Sequence record: PP658200.1
Length of the DNA: 64,000 nt
DNA from: Escherichia phage HY126
Strand: one strand, 5' to 3'
The stretch's first letter is position 1; each line of letters starts with the position of its first letter. The translations under genes and the position numbers were made by a program. The notes beneath the pieces are model-generated. The model searched no databases. It was not told the DNA's origin and saw only the letters and a list, made by a program, of their open reading frames with translations. Shown piece after piece: positions 27,007 through 36,694 of this stretch.

Positions 27007-27560
27007 TTGTCATCCTCATATAAAAAATCCAAACTAGGCGAATCGCTAACAACTTCCTTCTTTTCAGCCCCAGGAGCTTTATAAGCGGATTCTTCATAAT
27101 GCGTCATTTTATCGTAGATGTCTTGAATAAACGTTTCATCTACCAACGCTACCATATCATCGTCATGACTGTCGTAGACGTTATGAACGAAGTAACTATA
27201 TTTCTTTGCAACTTCCTTACGCTCTTTTTTGATACGTTGGACAAAAGCATTAAAACAAGCTCGAGTTATGTATGCATGTGGGTTATTGTACTTAGTTTCG
27301 TCGAAATTATGAAGTCCCTTAATAGAGGCTTCAATCCCATCTGCAATCATCTCCTGCTTCCAAGACTGGGTATATCCTGAAAAGTTGAAACGTTTGGACA
27401 GGCCTTCGGCGATAAGCATAATTGCTAAACCGATGGTATCATTCTGACGAATAATTTTGTTTGGGTCTTTATTATTTAAGAGCTCCTTTTTCCACTCGAT
27501 TATAGCGGCGAGAAGCTCTTTATTATTCACATAGTTATTTTTAGGTTTTTGTTCAGTCAT
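27003..27560 (-). CDS. 55: late sigma factor gp55
   Basis: 185 aa; matches T4 gp55 as recalled (…[14 protein letters not shown]…[16 protein letters not shown]…). Confidence 0.9.
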   Translation of the reverse strand: MTEQKPKNNYVNNKELLAAIIEWKKELLNNKDPNKIIRQNDTIGLAIMLIAEGLSKRFNFSGYTQSWKQEMIADGIEASIKGLHNFDETKYNNPHAYITRACFNAFVQRIKKERKEVAKKYSYFVHNVYDSHDDDMVALVDETFIQDIYDKMTHYEESAYKAPGAEKKEVVSDSPSLDFLYEDDN

Positions 27561-27632
27561 AAGTACCTCTTAGCTCAATTCATAGGTCTATTATATCATA
27601 ATATTTAGAGACCTATCTTAAAGCACGAGATA

Positions 27633-27902
27633 CTATCGGAGCAAACAATAAGCCTGAAACACTTTTTCCATTAAACGTTTGAACTCATGGATATCGATAT
27701 AAAGCTCAGTAAGACCGGCATTATAAAGAAAATCTAAAAAGTTCTCATGTGTTTCGTTATAGTCGCCTTCGTTTAATTGAGACACATGAGTTTCCCAAAA
27801 ACCAACACCTTTAACGAATGGAAAATACGTGACTTTCATGTATTCGTCAACATAAAATTCGCCCAGCTTTTCTTCAGTTATACTGATTCGAGTTAATTTC
27901 AT
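27633..27902 (-). CDS. hypothetical protein (89 aa)
   Basis: Minus ORF in tiling; no motif. Confidence 0.5.
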   Translation of the reverse strand: MKLTRISITEEKLGEFYVDEYMKVTYFPFVKGVGFWETHVSQLNEGDYNETHENFLDFLYNAGLTELYIDIHEFKRLMEKVFQAYCLLR

Positions 27903-28126
27903 TCTAGTTCCTTTGCTGCTTCAAGAGCAGCATCTAACGAATCAAATTGGTCAACGAAATCGATATTCAACGCATCGTCAGCCGTAGCATATAGCCACCA
28001 TTGTTTGAATTCATATTCTAGGATAAATCCAAGCCCTTCAATCTGAGAAAGACCTAGACTATTTGTACCAACTTCGTAACCGGCTAGACGCAGGTCATTA
28101 ATCAAAGTTTCTGTTAATACGCTCAT
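27899..28126 (-). CDS. hypothetical acidic protein (75 aa)
   Basis: Minus ORF, ATGA-coupled. Confidence 0.5.
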   Translation of the reverse strand: MSVLTETLINDLRLAGYEVGTNSLGLSQIEGLGFILEYEFKQWWLYATADDALNIDFVDQFDSLDAALEAAKELE

Positions 28127-28455
28127 TTTACCGCCTTAACAATTTTCAGGTCAACGAATTTTTTCTTACGTTGATTTTTCATACGACGGATAGTCTTTTC
28201 AGAGATTTCATGTTTCTGATAAGCTTTAGATTCAACACCAAATGCAGCAACGTCAAATTCAGAAAGAATATATTGTACTAGAATTTCACGAATAGAATTA
28301 CGTCCAATTTTCTGGTCGTGTTTTTGCATGATTTCATAAAGACGGAATTCCCATGCGTCAAGAACTTGAGGAGTAACAATATTGCCGGATTCCAGAAGAG
28401 CAACAACTTTATCGAAAGCGAAAGAATTAACTACGTTTTTGATTTTAGTAGACAT
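28123..28455 (-). CDS. hypothetical protein (about 110 aa)
   Basis: Start refined to MSTKIK with GAGGAAAATAAT SD; basic C-terminus. Confidence 0.5.
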   Translation of the reverse strand: MSTKIKNVVNSFAFDKVVALLESGNIVTPQVLDAWEFRLYEIMQKHDQKIGRNSIREILVQYILSEFDVAAFGVESKAYQKHEISEKTIRRMKNQRKKKFVDLKIVKAVK

Positions 28456-28492
28456 ATTATTTTCCTCGGTTATTTTATTATCCAATGATAGA

Positions 28493-28521
28493 ATTATACT
28501 CTGCTCTCAAGAGTTTATATA
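28493..28521 (-). promoter_or_regulatory. T4-early-like promoter; member of a 45-bp repeat pair
   Basis: TATAAT -10 with A/T-rich -35 region; about 45 bp nearly identical to the promoter at 58914-58942. Confidence 0.4.
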
Positions 28522-28761
28522 CTATTTTTTAAGCATGAAAAGTAAGTAATTTGTATCACGTGGAGTAATATCAACACCCATATCAAAGATGCCTTTATAG
28601 ATTGGGTATTTGTTTTCGGTTGTATCGAAGCTGAAACTATTTCCATCACAACTAACAGTAATAGCATCTGTTAAAATGTCATACTCAATCCTAACAATTG
28701 AATCCCCAATTTTAACGTCGAGGTGTTTTTTGAATTTGATAAAATCTAATTCTTGGGCCAT
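28522..28761 (-). CDS. hypothetical protein (79 aa)
   Basis: Minus ORF; no motif. Confidence 0.5.
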   Translation of the reverse strand: MAQELDFIKFKKHLDVKIGDSIVRIEYDILTDAITVSCDGNSFSFDTTENKYPIYKGIFDMGVDITPRDTNYLLFMLKK

Positions 28762-28824
28762 GATATTTTCCTCATTTTAAGACGATAGGAAGATAATAAC
28801 ATGTCTTCCTATCGTTGTACATTA

Positions 28825-29025
28825 TTAACCGAACTTTTTAGCGCCTTTCCAGCCTTCATACATAGCTGCGCAAGTCAATAGCACAGCGTGTTGGCATTCT
28901 TTGTATTTGTAAATCCAGAACCAACGTAAAAAGTCTTCGTCCTCAACACCGTTGAGTTTCATATTGGCAAAGAATTCGGCACGTTCTTCACGAAGTTGCC
29001 ATGACACAATATTTTCAGGATTCAT
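28825..29025 (-). CDS. hypothetical protein
   Basis: Minus ORF; start refined to MNPENIVSW (ATGA-coupled). Confidence 0.45.
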   Translation of the reverse strand: MNPENIVSWQLREERAEFFANMKLNGVEDEDFLRWFWIYKYKECQHAVLLTCAAMYEGWKGAKKFG

Positions 29026-29156
29026 TTTGTGTTCCACGCCCCATTTTCATCGATGAACTTAATCCAGTCATTTACGGACCATTTAGTTGTATCACCCTTT
29101 GGATTAACATTTAAAGTATATAATCCCTGCTTAAAAAGCATTCGTTTGATATTCAT
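29022..29156 (-). CDS. small hypothetical protein (about 44 aa)
   Basis: Start refined to MNIKRM with GAGGAAAT SD; the longer track ORF overlaps the upstream gene. Confidence 0.35.
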   Translation of the reverse strand: MNIKRMLFKQGLYTLNVNPKGDTTKWSVNDWIKFIDENGAWNTK

Positions 29157-29163
29157 AATTTCC

Positions 29164-29457
29164 TCAACTGTAACGATAACATTCATTAGCTTTACGTTTG
29201 GCTTCAGTATGAGAAGTATTATAATCATAATCTTCTTTACTGTAAACATCTTTTTTCAACTTACGAACTTCTTTGCGGAGTTGTCGATTCATTTCGTTCT
29301 TGACTTCAGAATCAACGCCTTTCATACGTTTCCATTTATCTGAGCGGAATATGTTTTCAACCATGTCTTTGTGGCTAACACCGTCAGGAGCTTTACGTTT
29401 ACCAAAATAGTCATAATCACGAACTTTCAAATCTTTACGACGATACGTTTTACCCAT
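29164..29457 (-). CDS. hypothetical basic protein
   Basis: Start refined to MGKTYRRKD with GAGGTA SD; Lys/Arg-rich. Confidence 0.5.
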   Translation of the reverse strand: MGKTYRRKDLKVRDYDYFGKRKAPDGVSHKDMVENIFRSDKWKRMKGVDSEVKNEMNRQLRKEVRKLKKDVYSKEDYDYNTSHTEAKRKANECYRYS

Positions 29458-29464
29458 AAGTACC

Positions 29465-29713
29465 TCAGAGGTTGATTGATACAATACGTTTGATAAAATT
29501 CACTTCACTTACTGAAAGGTCTTTAAGACCGATTGATTCTAAACGCTGAGTAAGAGTCAACATTGGGATATAGTCCCATTGTGTTTTAGACGTTTGATAA
29601 GTACGGACGCCATTAGCAATTTCAACATGCAAATCGGAAATGGTAACGAATACTGGACGTTCGTTGTTTACATTAAGAGTTAGAACAACTTTCTTTGAAT
29701 CTAAACTAATCAT
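29465..29713 (-). CDS. hypothetical protein (82 aa)
   Basis: Minus ORF in tiling. Confidence 0.5.
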   Translation of the reverse strand: MISLDSKKVVLTLNVNNERPVFVTISDLHVEIANGVRTYQTSKTQWDYIPMLTLTQRLESIGLKDLSVSEVNFIKRIVSINL

Positions 29714-30012
29714 GGCTTAATTTCCTTCGCAATTGAACAGAAGATACCACGGTCACAAAGCATTTCACCAATTTCTGGATATTTGATTGAACGGTACCAA
29801 ACATCCAGGCTTGAAACTCTGGTTATCTGTATTGCATTACCATTGACAGAATAGTACTGGTCGACCTTAATTTCTTTATCTTCAATTGTCATTTTATTTT
29901 CCTCTATAGTAGATGGTTTAATCTTAACACATCTATTGAGGATGTAAACTGTTTTATGAAAATATTTTCGATTTGAGAGGGGCACAAGGAGATAGTGAAG
30001 TGAAGATTCCAA
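29710..30012 (-). CDS. hypothetical protein (100 aa)
   Basis: Minus ORF, ATGA-coupled. Confidence 0.5.
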   Translation of the reverse strand: MESSLHYLLVPLSNRKYFHKTVYILNRCVKIKPSTIEENKMTIEDKEIKVDQYYSVNGNAIQITRVSSLDVWYRSIKYPEIGEMLCDRGIFCSIAKEIKP

Positions 30013-30057
30013 TGGATTATATTAGAAATGAGATAAAGAAGACCAGGCGGCACCTGG

Positions 30058-30393
30058 TCAATCTTCTATGATATCAGAGTCGTATCCTAATGAAATCAAG
30101 GACTTTTTAAACTCTGCAATATTCTTTTGTTTCTTATCATTTAAAAATATGACAGGATAACGAATATTAAGTGAAGTGAATCCTGCACGTTTAGCAAGAG
30201 ATACGATTAAAGGACGGTCATATTCAATCTTACCATTATTAGTGAGGACTTTATAAAATGTATAAGGAGCATTGAGCTCCTTTAAAAGTTTTGTAACAGT
30301 ATAACATCCCGGACAACGTCCTACTTCTTCAGGGATGCCATAAATTTCAATCTTGTTCTTTAAGTTCGAGTTTTGTTCCACGAGAAATAATTC
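30058..30393 (-). CDS. nrdH: NrdH-like glutaredoxin
   Basis: Redox motif CPGCY in a glutaredoxin-size core; adjacent to nrdG/nrdD; true start probably a GTG near 30390 (the long N-terminal extension in the track ORF is not credible). Confidence 0.6.
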   Translation of the reverse strand, partial: ELFLVEQNSNLKNKIEIYGIPEEVGRCPGCYTVTKLLKELNAPYTFYKVLTNNGKIEYDRPLIVSLAKRAGFTSLNIRYPVIFLNDKKQKNIAEFKKSLISLGYDSDIIED

Positions 30394-30664
30394 CTTGGTA
30401 AGCCCAATAAGGAGGATTAACAGAATCCTCGCCAGAGTTTTCTTCAGGAAAATAAACCTGGATAACAAATCCAGATGCATCAAAGGTAAAATAAACCGTA
30501 GGCAGTTCACCTAACAATTCGGCGCGAGCATTAATTTCTTCGAGATCTCGTTCACGTCCAGCCCAAAAACTAGGATTTAGACTACATTCATAGAAATAAT
30601 AGTCATTACCGAACATATCAAAACCTTTCCAATTCTCTACCACATACCGCTCAAAACTAATCAT
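30347..30664 (-). CDS. hypothetical protein (105 aa)
   Basis: Minus ORF; overlaps nrdH-like start region in another frame. Confidence 0.5.
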   Translation of the reverse strand: MISFERYVVENWKGFDMFGNDYYFYECSLNPSFWAGRERDLEEINARAELLGELPTVYFTFDASGFVIQVYFPEENSGEDSVNPPYWAYQGIISRGTKLELKEQD

Positions 30665-30666
30665 AA

Positions 30667-30906
30667 TTAAGCCTTTTTATCAAGAACAGAATTCAGTTTA
30701 TTAGTAATTTTGTCCAAACGTTCATTGAATTCGCTGGAGGATAAACCCTTTTCCGGAGAAATTAAACTAATCACGAAAAATACACCAGTAAAAGGAATAA
30801 GAAAAATAGCTCCAACTGCCATAAACAAAAAGAACGTTACAGTTGTAAGAAAATCAGCTAAACCTTTACGAAATTTATACATATTTACCCTTAATTGATT
30901 AACCAA
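30667..30906 (-). CDS. small membrane protein (79 aa)
   Basis: Hydrophobic core (…FFLFMAVGAIFLIPFTGVFFVISLI…). Confidence 0.5.
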   Translation of the reverse strand: MVNQLRVNMYKFRKGLADFLTTVTFFLFMAVGAIFLIPFTGVFFVISLISPEKGLSSSEFNERLDKITNKLNSVLDKKA

Positions 30907-30996
30907 ACATTGATAAACACTAAACTATATTGCGAATAAAATTCTGGACCAAAACGAAAAATCATATCATTTATAGTATCCATAGTGTAATTCAAT

Positions 30997-31467
30997 TTAA
31001 TCATGTTTCCACACCCCATCGGTATTTGACCAAAGTCGCTGATTATCTGATCCTCGCCACAGTTTTTTGGTCGGAAGATTTTTCTCATACTTCCCATCAA
31101 TAATAACATCAACATATTTAAGCATTTCTAGTTGTTTAATATCTTCAAACTTGTACCCTGTCCACAACCAAATGCTTTTATTGGGATAAAGATTTTTTAC
31201 TGTTTGAGCAATGCAATGAACAACATCTCTGTTATCAGGATAAAGAGGGTCTCCTCCAGTTATAGTTAATCCTTCTATATAATCATTATTCAAACATTCA
31301 ATTAATTGCTCTAGTGTTTCACCAGTGAATGGAACGCCATTTCTAGCATTCCACGTTGATTTATTATAACACCCTTCGCATTTATGCAAACAACCTGTAA
31401 CGAAAAGAACGACCCTGCATCCAGGGCCATTCACAAAATCACAGGGATAAAATCTATCATAATTCAT
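30997..31467 (-). CDS. nrdG: anaerobic ribonucleotide reductase activating protein NrdG (radical SAM)
   Basis: 156 aa; radical-SAM-like cysteine cluster (…GCLHKCEGCYN…) and ATGA-coupling to nrdD. Confidence 0.9.
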   Translation of the reverse strand: MNYDRFYPCDFVNGPGCRVVLFVTGCLHKCEGCYNKSTWNARNGVPFTGETLEQLIECLNNDYIEGLTITGGDPLYPDNRDVVHCIAQTVKNLYPNKSIWLWTGYKFEDIKQLEMLKYVDVIIDGKYEKNLPTKKLWRGSDNQRLWSNTDGVWKHD

Positions 31468-33281
31468 TGGTGTTTAACCCTATGCATGATTTCTTTATTT
31501 TTGCCGAGATTAAATCCGCGTTCGTTAGGATTTCCCAAATAACCACAAGTTCTTCTTATTGTGTTCATCTTTTTAGGGTCAGTTTCTCCACAAATAGAAC
31601 AAACAAATCCGTTTTCAGTAGGAGTCATTTCATGGGTACTTCCACATGTAAAACATTTATCTACTGGCATATTAACACCAAAATAATCTAAATGTTGTGC
31701 AGCATAATCCCACACGGCCTCAAGACCTTTTAGGTTATTTTTCATATCAGGAAGTTCAACATAAGAAATGTGACCGCCTGTCGCAATGAAATGATATGGG
31801 GCTTCGCGAGAAATCTTTTCAAACGGAGTAATATTTTCTTCTACTGAAACATGGAAACTATTAGTGTACCAGCCTTTATCAGTAACATCTTTTACACTTC
31901 CATATTTTTCGGTATCAAGTTTACAGAAGCGATAACAAAGGTTTTCAGCAGGAGTAGAATACAAACTAAAAGCAAAACCAGTTCTTTCAGTCCACTGCTT
32001 AAGACGAGCATTCATTTTAGTCAAAATTTCTTGCCCAATATCACGACCGACAAGAATATTCAATTCGTGAATACCAATGTATCCTAAGGACACTGAACTT
32101 CTGCCGTTTTTAAATAACTCAATTATATCGTCATCAGGTTTAAGACGAACCCCGAATGCACCTTCTTGGTAAAGAATAGGAGCAACAGTAGCTTTAACTC
32201 CTTTTAAGGAACTAATTCTACACATCAATGCTTCAAAACATAAATCCATTCGCTCATTGAATAATTCAGTAAATTTCTGTTCATTGAACTGTGTTCCAAT
32301 ATAAGAATCTAGCGCAATACGAGGAAGATTCAGTGTTACAACACCAAGATTATTACGTCCATCAAGAATTTCATTACCAGTCGAATCTTTCCATACGCTC
32401 AAGAAACTACGGCAGCCCATTGGAGAAACTGGAACTGAAGAACCGGTGATAGCTTTATTATTCTTAACTGAAATAATATCAGGATACATTCTTTTGCTTG
32501 CACATTCTAAAGCAAGCTGCTTAATATCATAATTCGGATCGTCTTTATAAAGATTAACACCTTCTTCAACGAACATAACAAGTTTAGGGAAAATAGGAGT
32601 TATCCCATCACGACCGAGACCTTTAATACGTTTTTTCAGAATTGCTTTCTGAATCATTCGTTCAGTCCAGTCAGTTCCCGTGCCAAATGTAATTGTTACA
32701 AAAGGCGTTTGCCCGTTTGAACTAAAGAGAGTATTTACTTCATACTCATAAGCTTGGAATGCATCGTATACGTCTTTTTCTGTTTTAGATTGAGCATAAT
32801 TCGGTGCATCGGTGATTTGCCATTTTTCTGCATCCTCGATATGTTTTGCATAGGTGCGTTTAACATAAGGAGAAAGTACTTTATCTACATTCGCAAAAGT
32901 CGTTCCACCATATTGATGAGAAGCAACTTGTGCAGTAATTTGCGCCATAATTGCAGTAGCAACACCAATTGATTTAGGTGTTTCGATCTGCGCATTACCA
33001 AGCTTAAACCCGTTCTCAAGCATTCCTTTTAAATCTACTAAACAGCAATTAGTAAATGGAAGAGCAGGGGAATAATCAATATCATGAAAATGGATAATTC
33101 CACTTTCATGCGCTTTCATAATAAAAGACGGGACCATATTTTTGGCAATGTGCTTAGACACAATACCAGCCATAAGGTCCCGTTGAGTTGGAAAAACACG
33201 AGAATCTTTATTAGCATTCTCGTTCAAAAGATCTTTATTAGTTTTACGAATTAATCCTTCAATTTCTTTTTCAATTTTCAT
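31464..33281 (-). CDS. nrdD: anaerobic ribonucleoside-triphosphate reductase NrdD
   Basis: 605 aa; C-terminal zinc ribbon CFTCG…CSICG and glycyl-radical motif RTCGYLG. Confidence 0.95.
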   Translation of the reverse strand: MKIEKEIEGLIRKTNKDLLNENANKDSRVFPTQRDLMAGIVSKHIAKNMVPSFIMKAHESGIIHFHDIDYSPALPFTNCCLVDLKGMLENGFKLGNAQIETPKSIGVATAIMAQITAQVASHQYGGTTFANVDKVLSPYVKRTYAKHIEDAEKWQITDAPNYAQSKTEKDVYDAFQAYEYEVNTLFSSNGQTPFVTITFGTGTDWTERMIQKAILKKRIKGLGRDGITPIFPKLVMFVEEGVNLYKDDPNYDIKQLALECASKRMYPDIISVKNNKAITGSSVPVSPMGCRSFLSVWKDSTGNEILDGRNNLGVVTLNLPRIALDSYIGTQFNEQKFTELFNERMDLCFEALMCRISSLKGVKATVAPILYQEGAFGVRLKPDDDIIELFKNGRSSVSLGYIGIHELNILVGRDIGQEILTKMNARLKQWTERTGFAFSLYSTPAENLCYRFCKLDTEKYGSVKDVTDKGWYTNSFHVSVEENITPFEKISREAPYHFIATGGHISYVELPDMKNNLKGLEAVWDYAAQHLDYFGVNMPVDKCFTCGSTHEMTPTENGFVCSICGETDPKKMNTIRRTCGYLGNPNERGFNLGKNKEIMHRVKHQ

Positions 33282-33751
33282 TTTAAACTCTTTCTAAGCT
33301 GCTTTTTGAATGAAGCTATTAATTGTGTTTTAGTATCAGATTCATTATATTCAAATCCTCTTTGAAGCATCTCGGCCATCATTTCCTCTTTACCTAGTCT
33401 TGAGAACTCTTTAGTTTTGTCTGGAACAAAATTAGGATGGATATTATTATCAGAATAATCTTGTTTCAAATAAGCAAGAAGAGCTTCAAGCCATTCGAGG
33501 TAGTTGACATCACGGCCTTTAAGACCGGAACGGTTGAACTTATGCTTCATTTGACCTTCTGCTGCGTTGCACAGATTACAGAGTAACCCACGAACTCTAC
33601 CTGCTTTTGGCCCGTTTAATTCGTGGTCGTGGTCAAGATGGTTACCTTGAACATCAGGGTCTAATTCACGGTGGCAAATAGGACACTTACCATTCTGTGC
33701 ATCATAAAATTTTTGTTTTTCTTCTTTGTATAATTTGCCAGATAATAACAT
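33278..33751 (-). CDS. 49: endonuclease VII gp49 (Holliday junction resolvase)
   Basis: 157 aa; near-identical to T4 gp49 as recalled (MLLSGKLYKEEKQKFYDAQNGKCPIC…HLDHDHELNGPKAGRVRGLLCNLCN…). Confidence 0.9.
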   Translation of the reverse strand: MLLSGKLYKEEKQKFYDAQNGKCPICHRELDPDVQGNHLDHDHELNGPKAGRVRGLLCNLCNAAEGQMKHKFNRSGLKGRDVNYLEWLEALLAYLKQDYSDNNIHPNFVPDKTKEFSRLGKEEMMAEMLQRGFEYNESDTKTQLIASFKKQLRKSLK

Positions 33752-33779
33752 AATAAACCCTTACCATATTAGATAAGGG

Positions 33780-33787
33780 TATTTATA
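33780..33787 (-). promoter_or_regulatory. T4 late promoter TATAAATA (gene 49)
   Basis: Exact TATAAATA on minus strand about 30 nt upstream of gene 49 ATG. Confidence 0.6.
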
Positions 33788-33789
33788 AT

Positions 33790-33969
33790 TTAATAAATGT
33801 TATAAAAGTCACGATGGAAACGTTTGTATTGGCGAATCATTCTTTTAGTAGGACGTGTTACCGAAATGATTGAAGTCCTCATGTTCGGATTGTTTGGAGC
33901 ACCAATTATAACAAATTTCCAAGATTTTTGACCGTTTGTTCTTTCGCCAAAAAATAATGCAGTTTTCAT
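33790..33969 (-). CDS. small basic protein, VRPTKR-motif family (paralog a; 59 aa)
   Basis: Translated by eye: …SWKFVIIGAPNNPNMRTSIISVTRPTKRMIRQYKRFHRDFYNIY; shares the C-terminal motif with ORFs at 34394-34564 and 5776-5988. Confidence 0.4.
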   Translation of the reverse strand: MKTALFFGERTNGQKSWKFVIIGAPNNPNMRTSIISVTRPTKRMIRQYKRFHRDFYNIY

Positions 33970-33978
33970 AATAAGCCC

Positions 33979-34392
33979 TTAACTTAAACGTCTTTCTAAA
34001 TATTCAATGTATTCCGCTGCGGCTTGCATCAGATTACCTTCATAACCGTCATTATTTTCTTGGGCGGCTAATTTAGCTAAAGCATAAGAAATACGTTCAC
34101 CTTCGAATTCGCCAAGTTCACCATCACAAACTACTTGGTCAATTTCTTCGAGTTCATCTATTGAATGGGATTCCCAGAAGCACCAAAGAGAAGTATCACG
34201 GTCATAGATGCAAAGTTTCTCACCTGTGTTCAACATCACTTCGATAATGCCATGGTCGCCATAACCATCTTCGGTAGTAGTACCAATTACCTTGATGATC
34301 GTATCTTTCTTTAATTCAGGAAACTTATCTTGGAGTTCTTCGTCTTCTTTAACAATCTTGAACCATTTACCGCGAGTTTCAGAAATATTCAT
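33979..34392 (-). CDS. hypothetical acidic protein (pin region)
   Basis: Start refined to MNISETRGKW; lies where T4 carries pin but identity not verified. Confidence 0.5.
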   Translation of the reverse strand: MNISETRGKWFKIVKEDEELQDKFPELKKDTIIKVIGTTTEDGYGDHGIIEVMLNTGEKLCIYDRDTSLWCFWESHSIDELEEIDQVVCDGELGEFEGERISYALAKLAAQENNDGYEGNLMQAAAEYIEYLERRLS

Positions 34393-34393
34393 A

Positions 34394-34564
34394 TCAATAT
34401 TCTCTATAAAAGTTACGATGGGAACGTTTAGCTTTGCGAAGCTGACGTTTAGTAGGACGAACTGTAAATGGTTGTCCAGAGAAAAAATTCGGATCGGTTT
34501 TAATAAGCAAATACCAATCATGCTTGCCATTTTTTAATAAACGGTACAATAATTTAACTTGCAT
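34394..34564 (-). CDS. small basic protein, VRPTKRQ-motif family (paralog b)
   Basis: Start refined to MQVKLLYRL; C-terminus FTVRPTKRQLRKAKRSHRNFYREY. Confidence 0.45.
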   Translation of the reverse strand: MQVKLLYRLLKNGKHDWYLLIKTDPNFFSGQPFTVRPTKRQLRKAKRSHRNFYREY

Positions 34565-34692
34565 AATAATCTCTTCCCATTTCCATATCAATTAATTCAT
34601 TTATTGAAGGTTCATCATAACACGTTTCTTCGTCATTGTAAACTGTTTCGACGTCTGGCTCGACTGTCTCCCATCGAGCCGAATACCACGGT

Positions 34693-35049
34693 TTAACCCC
34701 GGAGTTTATTGAGCTCTTCATAATCAATCCAGGATTCTAGTCCGGATGGCAGGTCACATTCAATGTTCCACAGAAGCTCTTCAATGGCTTGCAGGCGATT
34801 ATATTCTTCAACGGTAATGGTAACCATTGGTGCAACCGGTTCTGCCTTTTTAACCATCATATCGTTCATCAGGACGTAAAGGTCATCACGAACGACAGTG
34901 TCGTTCCAACCCCATGATTTGGCTTCGTAAGCTAATGATGAAGGGAGCACATTTAAAACTTCAATAATAGTTGGAGCATCAGGACCAAGTTCATTGGCAC
35001 AAACTTCGTATACATCTTGGAAATCTTTAAGATTTAATGAATATGTCAT
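34693..35049 (-). CDS. hypothetical acidic protein (118 aa)
   Basis: Minus ORF, ATGA-coupled to nrdC. Confidence 0.55.
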   Translation of the reverse strand: MTYSLNLKDFQDVYEVCANELGPDAPTIIEVLNVLPSSLAYEAKSWGWNDTVVRDDLYVLMNDMMVKKAEPVAPMVTITVEEYNRLQAIEELLWNIECDLPSGLESWIDYEELNKLRG

Positions 35050-35309
35050 TTAAAATATTCTCGTAGTTGGTCAAAGCCACCGATCGAAGTTCCATCAGGA
35101 GCAAACACTTGAGGCATAGTCAATCCAACTTGTGATTCACGACCAAGCTTAACCAGAAGCTCAGCAATTTTCTCATCATCGAACACACCTTTTTCTGGCA
35201 TAACATTAATGAATTCGAATGGTTGTTTCTTAACAGTCAGCAATCGTTTCGCATTATCGCAATAAATGCATTTATGAATAGTAGAGTCATACCCGTACAC
35301 TTTAAACAT
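35046..35309 (-). CDS. nrdC: thioredoxin/glutaredoxin NrdC
   Basis: Near-identical to T4 NrdC as recalled (MFKVYGYDS.IHKC.YCDNAKRLL…); start refined to MFKVYGYD. Confidence 0.9.
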   Translation of the reverse strand: MFKVYGYDSTIHKCIYCDNAKRLLTVKKQPFEFINVMPEKGVFDDEKIAELLVKLGRESQVGLTMPQVFAPDGTSIGGFDQLREYFK

Positions 35310-35715
35310 TATTTTTCCTTTCATCGATTAAATATGCAATGCCAAATACAATACATGTAATAAAACCTGTGATACAGATAGAAACCAACAACACTGTACC
35401 AAAGAACCAAATCAAGTTATCTTTAGTAGTTTGTTTGATATCCATCTCACGAATTTCTATAGCTATCGTATCACCTTTATTCAGAAGCGTATAAAACGAT
35501 GGCGATACACGCCTGTCAAAAACTCGTCCTTGCTCATCTTTATAGACTGCAATAAATTCTAATTTAGAATATTTTCCTGTAGATTGGCCTGAGATTAATT
35601 CCACTACCTCCACAGGAATTACTTTAGTTTCCATGTAAGTATTCTGGCTGTTCCAAATGAATGGAATAATAGCAAAAACTAAAGCTGCGATAAAACAACG
35701 AAGGCTATATCTCAT
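35302..35715 (-). CDS. membrane protein (137 aa)
   Basis: N- and C-terminal hydrophobic helices. Confidence 0.55.
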   Translation of the reverse strand: MRYSLRCFIAALVFAIIPFIWNSQNTYMETKVIPVEVVELISGQSTGKYSKLEFIAVYKDEQGRVFDRRVSPSFYTLLNKGDTIAIEIREMDIKQTTKDNLIWFFGTVLLVSICITGFITCIVFGIAYLIDERKNNV

Positions 35716-36020
35716 TATAATGTTCTCTCAAATTTGTGGAAGCATTTACGGCATTTCAATTTCAAGTTATCAGTGGTCCAGTTAACCAGTTGGACTTGGA
35801 TAGTTCCACATTCCGGGCACGGATGTTTTGCTGCCGATTTGGCAGCATTTTCACGTCGTTCAACCATTTTCATTATTTCGTTCCATGCCGGAGGAACGAA
35901 CTCTTCTTCACCGTGGATTTTATCTCGCTGAACAAATTCAATCTTTGAACTATCGTCAATAAACTTAACCAAGCCGTGATTAGTGCTCATATCAATATCC
36001 TCTAAAAGACGTAGTTTCAT
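35715..36020 (-). CDS. zinc-ribbon protein (101 aa)
   Basis: CPECG…CRKC four-Cys motif. Confidence 0.55.
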   Translation of the reverse strand: MKLRLLEDIDMSTNHGLVKFIDDSSKIEFVQRDKIHGEEEFVPPAWNEIMKMVERRENAAKSAAKHPCPECGTIQVQLVNWTTDNLKLKCRKCFHKFERTL

Positions 36021-36694
36021 TATAAAACCTCAATGGCATTTCGTAAACCATCAGCTTTTGCATTCAGAGCTTTTAATGATTTAGTTTGTTCTGCAATCTG
36101 GGCTTCGACTTCTTTCAGGCGAGATTTGAGATATTCGCGTTCTTCTCTTAAGTTATCAACTTTTTCTGCTTTAGGCTCTTTAATAGGCTTATACTCGTTA
36201 GGGTTCTTCAACTTAATTTGAATGCGAGAACTGTATAACATTGAACCATTATCTTCGGTTTCATCATACATTTCTACCACGTCCATGATTCTTAACATCA
36301 TGCGAAGTTTATAAGACAGCGAACGAATGGTTTTGTTGTGCTTATTAATTTCTTCGGCTTTCATGGTACCGAGATTACGTGAGTAGTAATAAGGAACCTG
36401 GATATCAATTGATAATGATGCGGTACCATTACCTGTTGGTTTGAACACTGCAGTAACCCAATCTTTAGCATGAACTGTATTTGTACGATCATCGCCACCT
36501 GTGAATAATTTACGTGAATGTTTAAAAAGCATATTCACTTGGTTATTGAATTCACAAGCAAATTTATCAGCAAATTTAGTTTCAGGAATGGTAGATAACC
36601 AATCAGCCAAATGAGTCTTTTTAACATCATTAACAATAGTGAATTCAACCAAATCAGTTTTAGATGTCACAGATTTAATAAAGCTCGGCTTCAT
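36020..36694 (-). CDS. coiled-coil protein, first of three tandem paralogs (possibly N-terminally longer)
   Basis: Track ORF from first ATG; reading frame stays open upstream to about 36966 where SD GAGGAAAATATT is followed by ACG rather than ATG; C-terminal coiled coil. Confidence 0.55.
   Translation of the reverse strand: MKPSFIKSVTSKTDLVEFTIVNDVKKTHLADWLSTIPETKFADKFACEFNNQVNMLFKHSRKLFTGGDDRTNTVHAKDWVTAVFKPTGNGTASLSIDIQVPYYYSRNLGTMKAEEINKHNKTIRSLSYKLRMMLRIMDVVEMYDETEDNGSMLYSSRIQIKLKNPNEYKPIKEPKAEKVDNLREEREYLKSRLKEVEAQIAEQTKSLKALNAKADGLRNAIEVL

Noticed and set aside
30891-31115. 74-aa minus-strand ORF overlapping the 3' part of nrdG
   Set aside because: Out-of-frame overlap with a confidently identified gene; no independent support.
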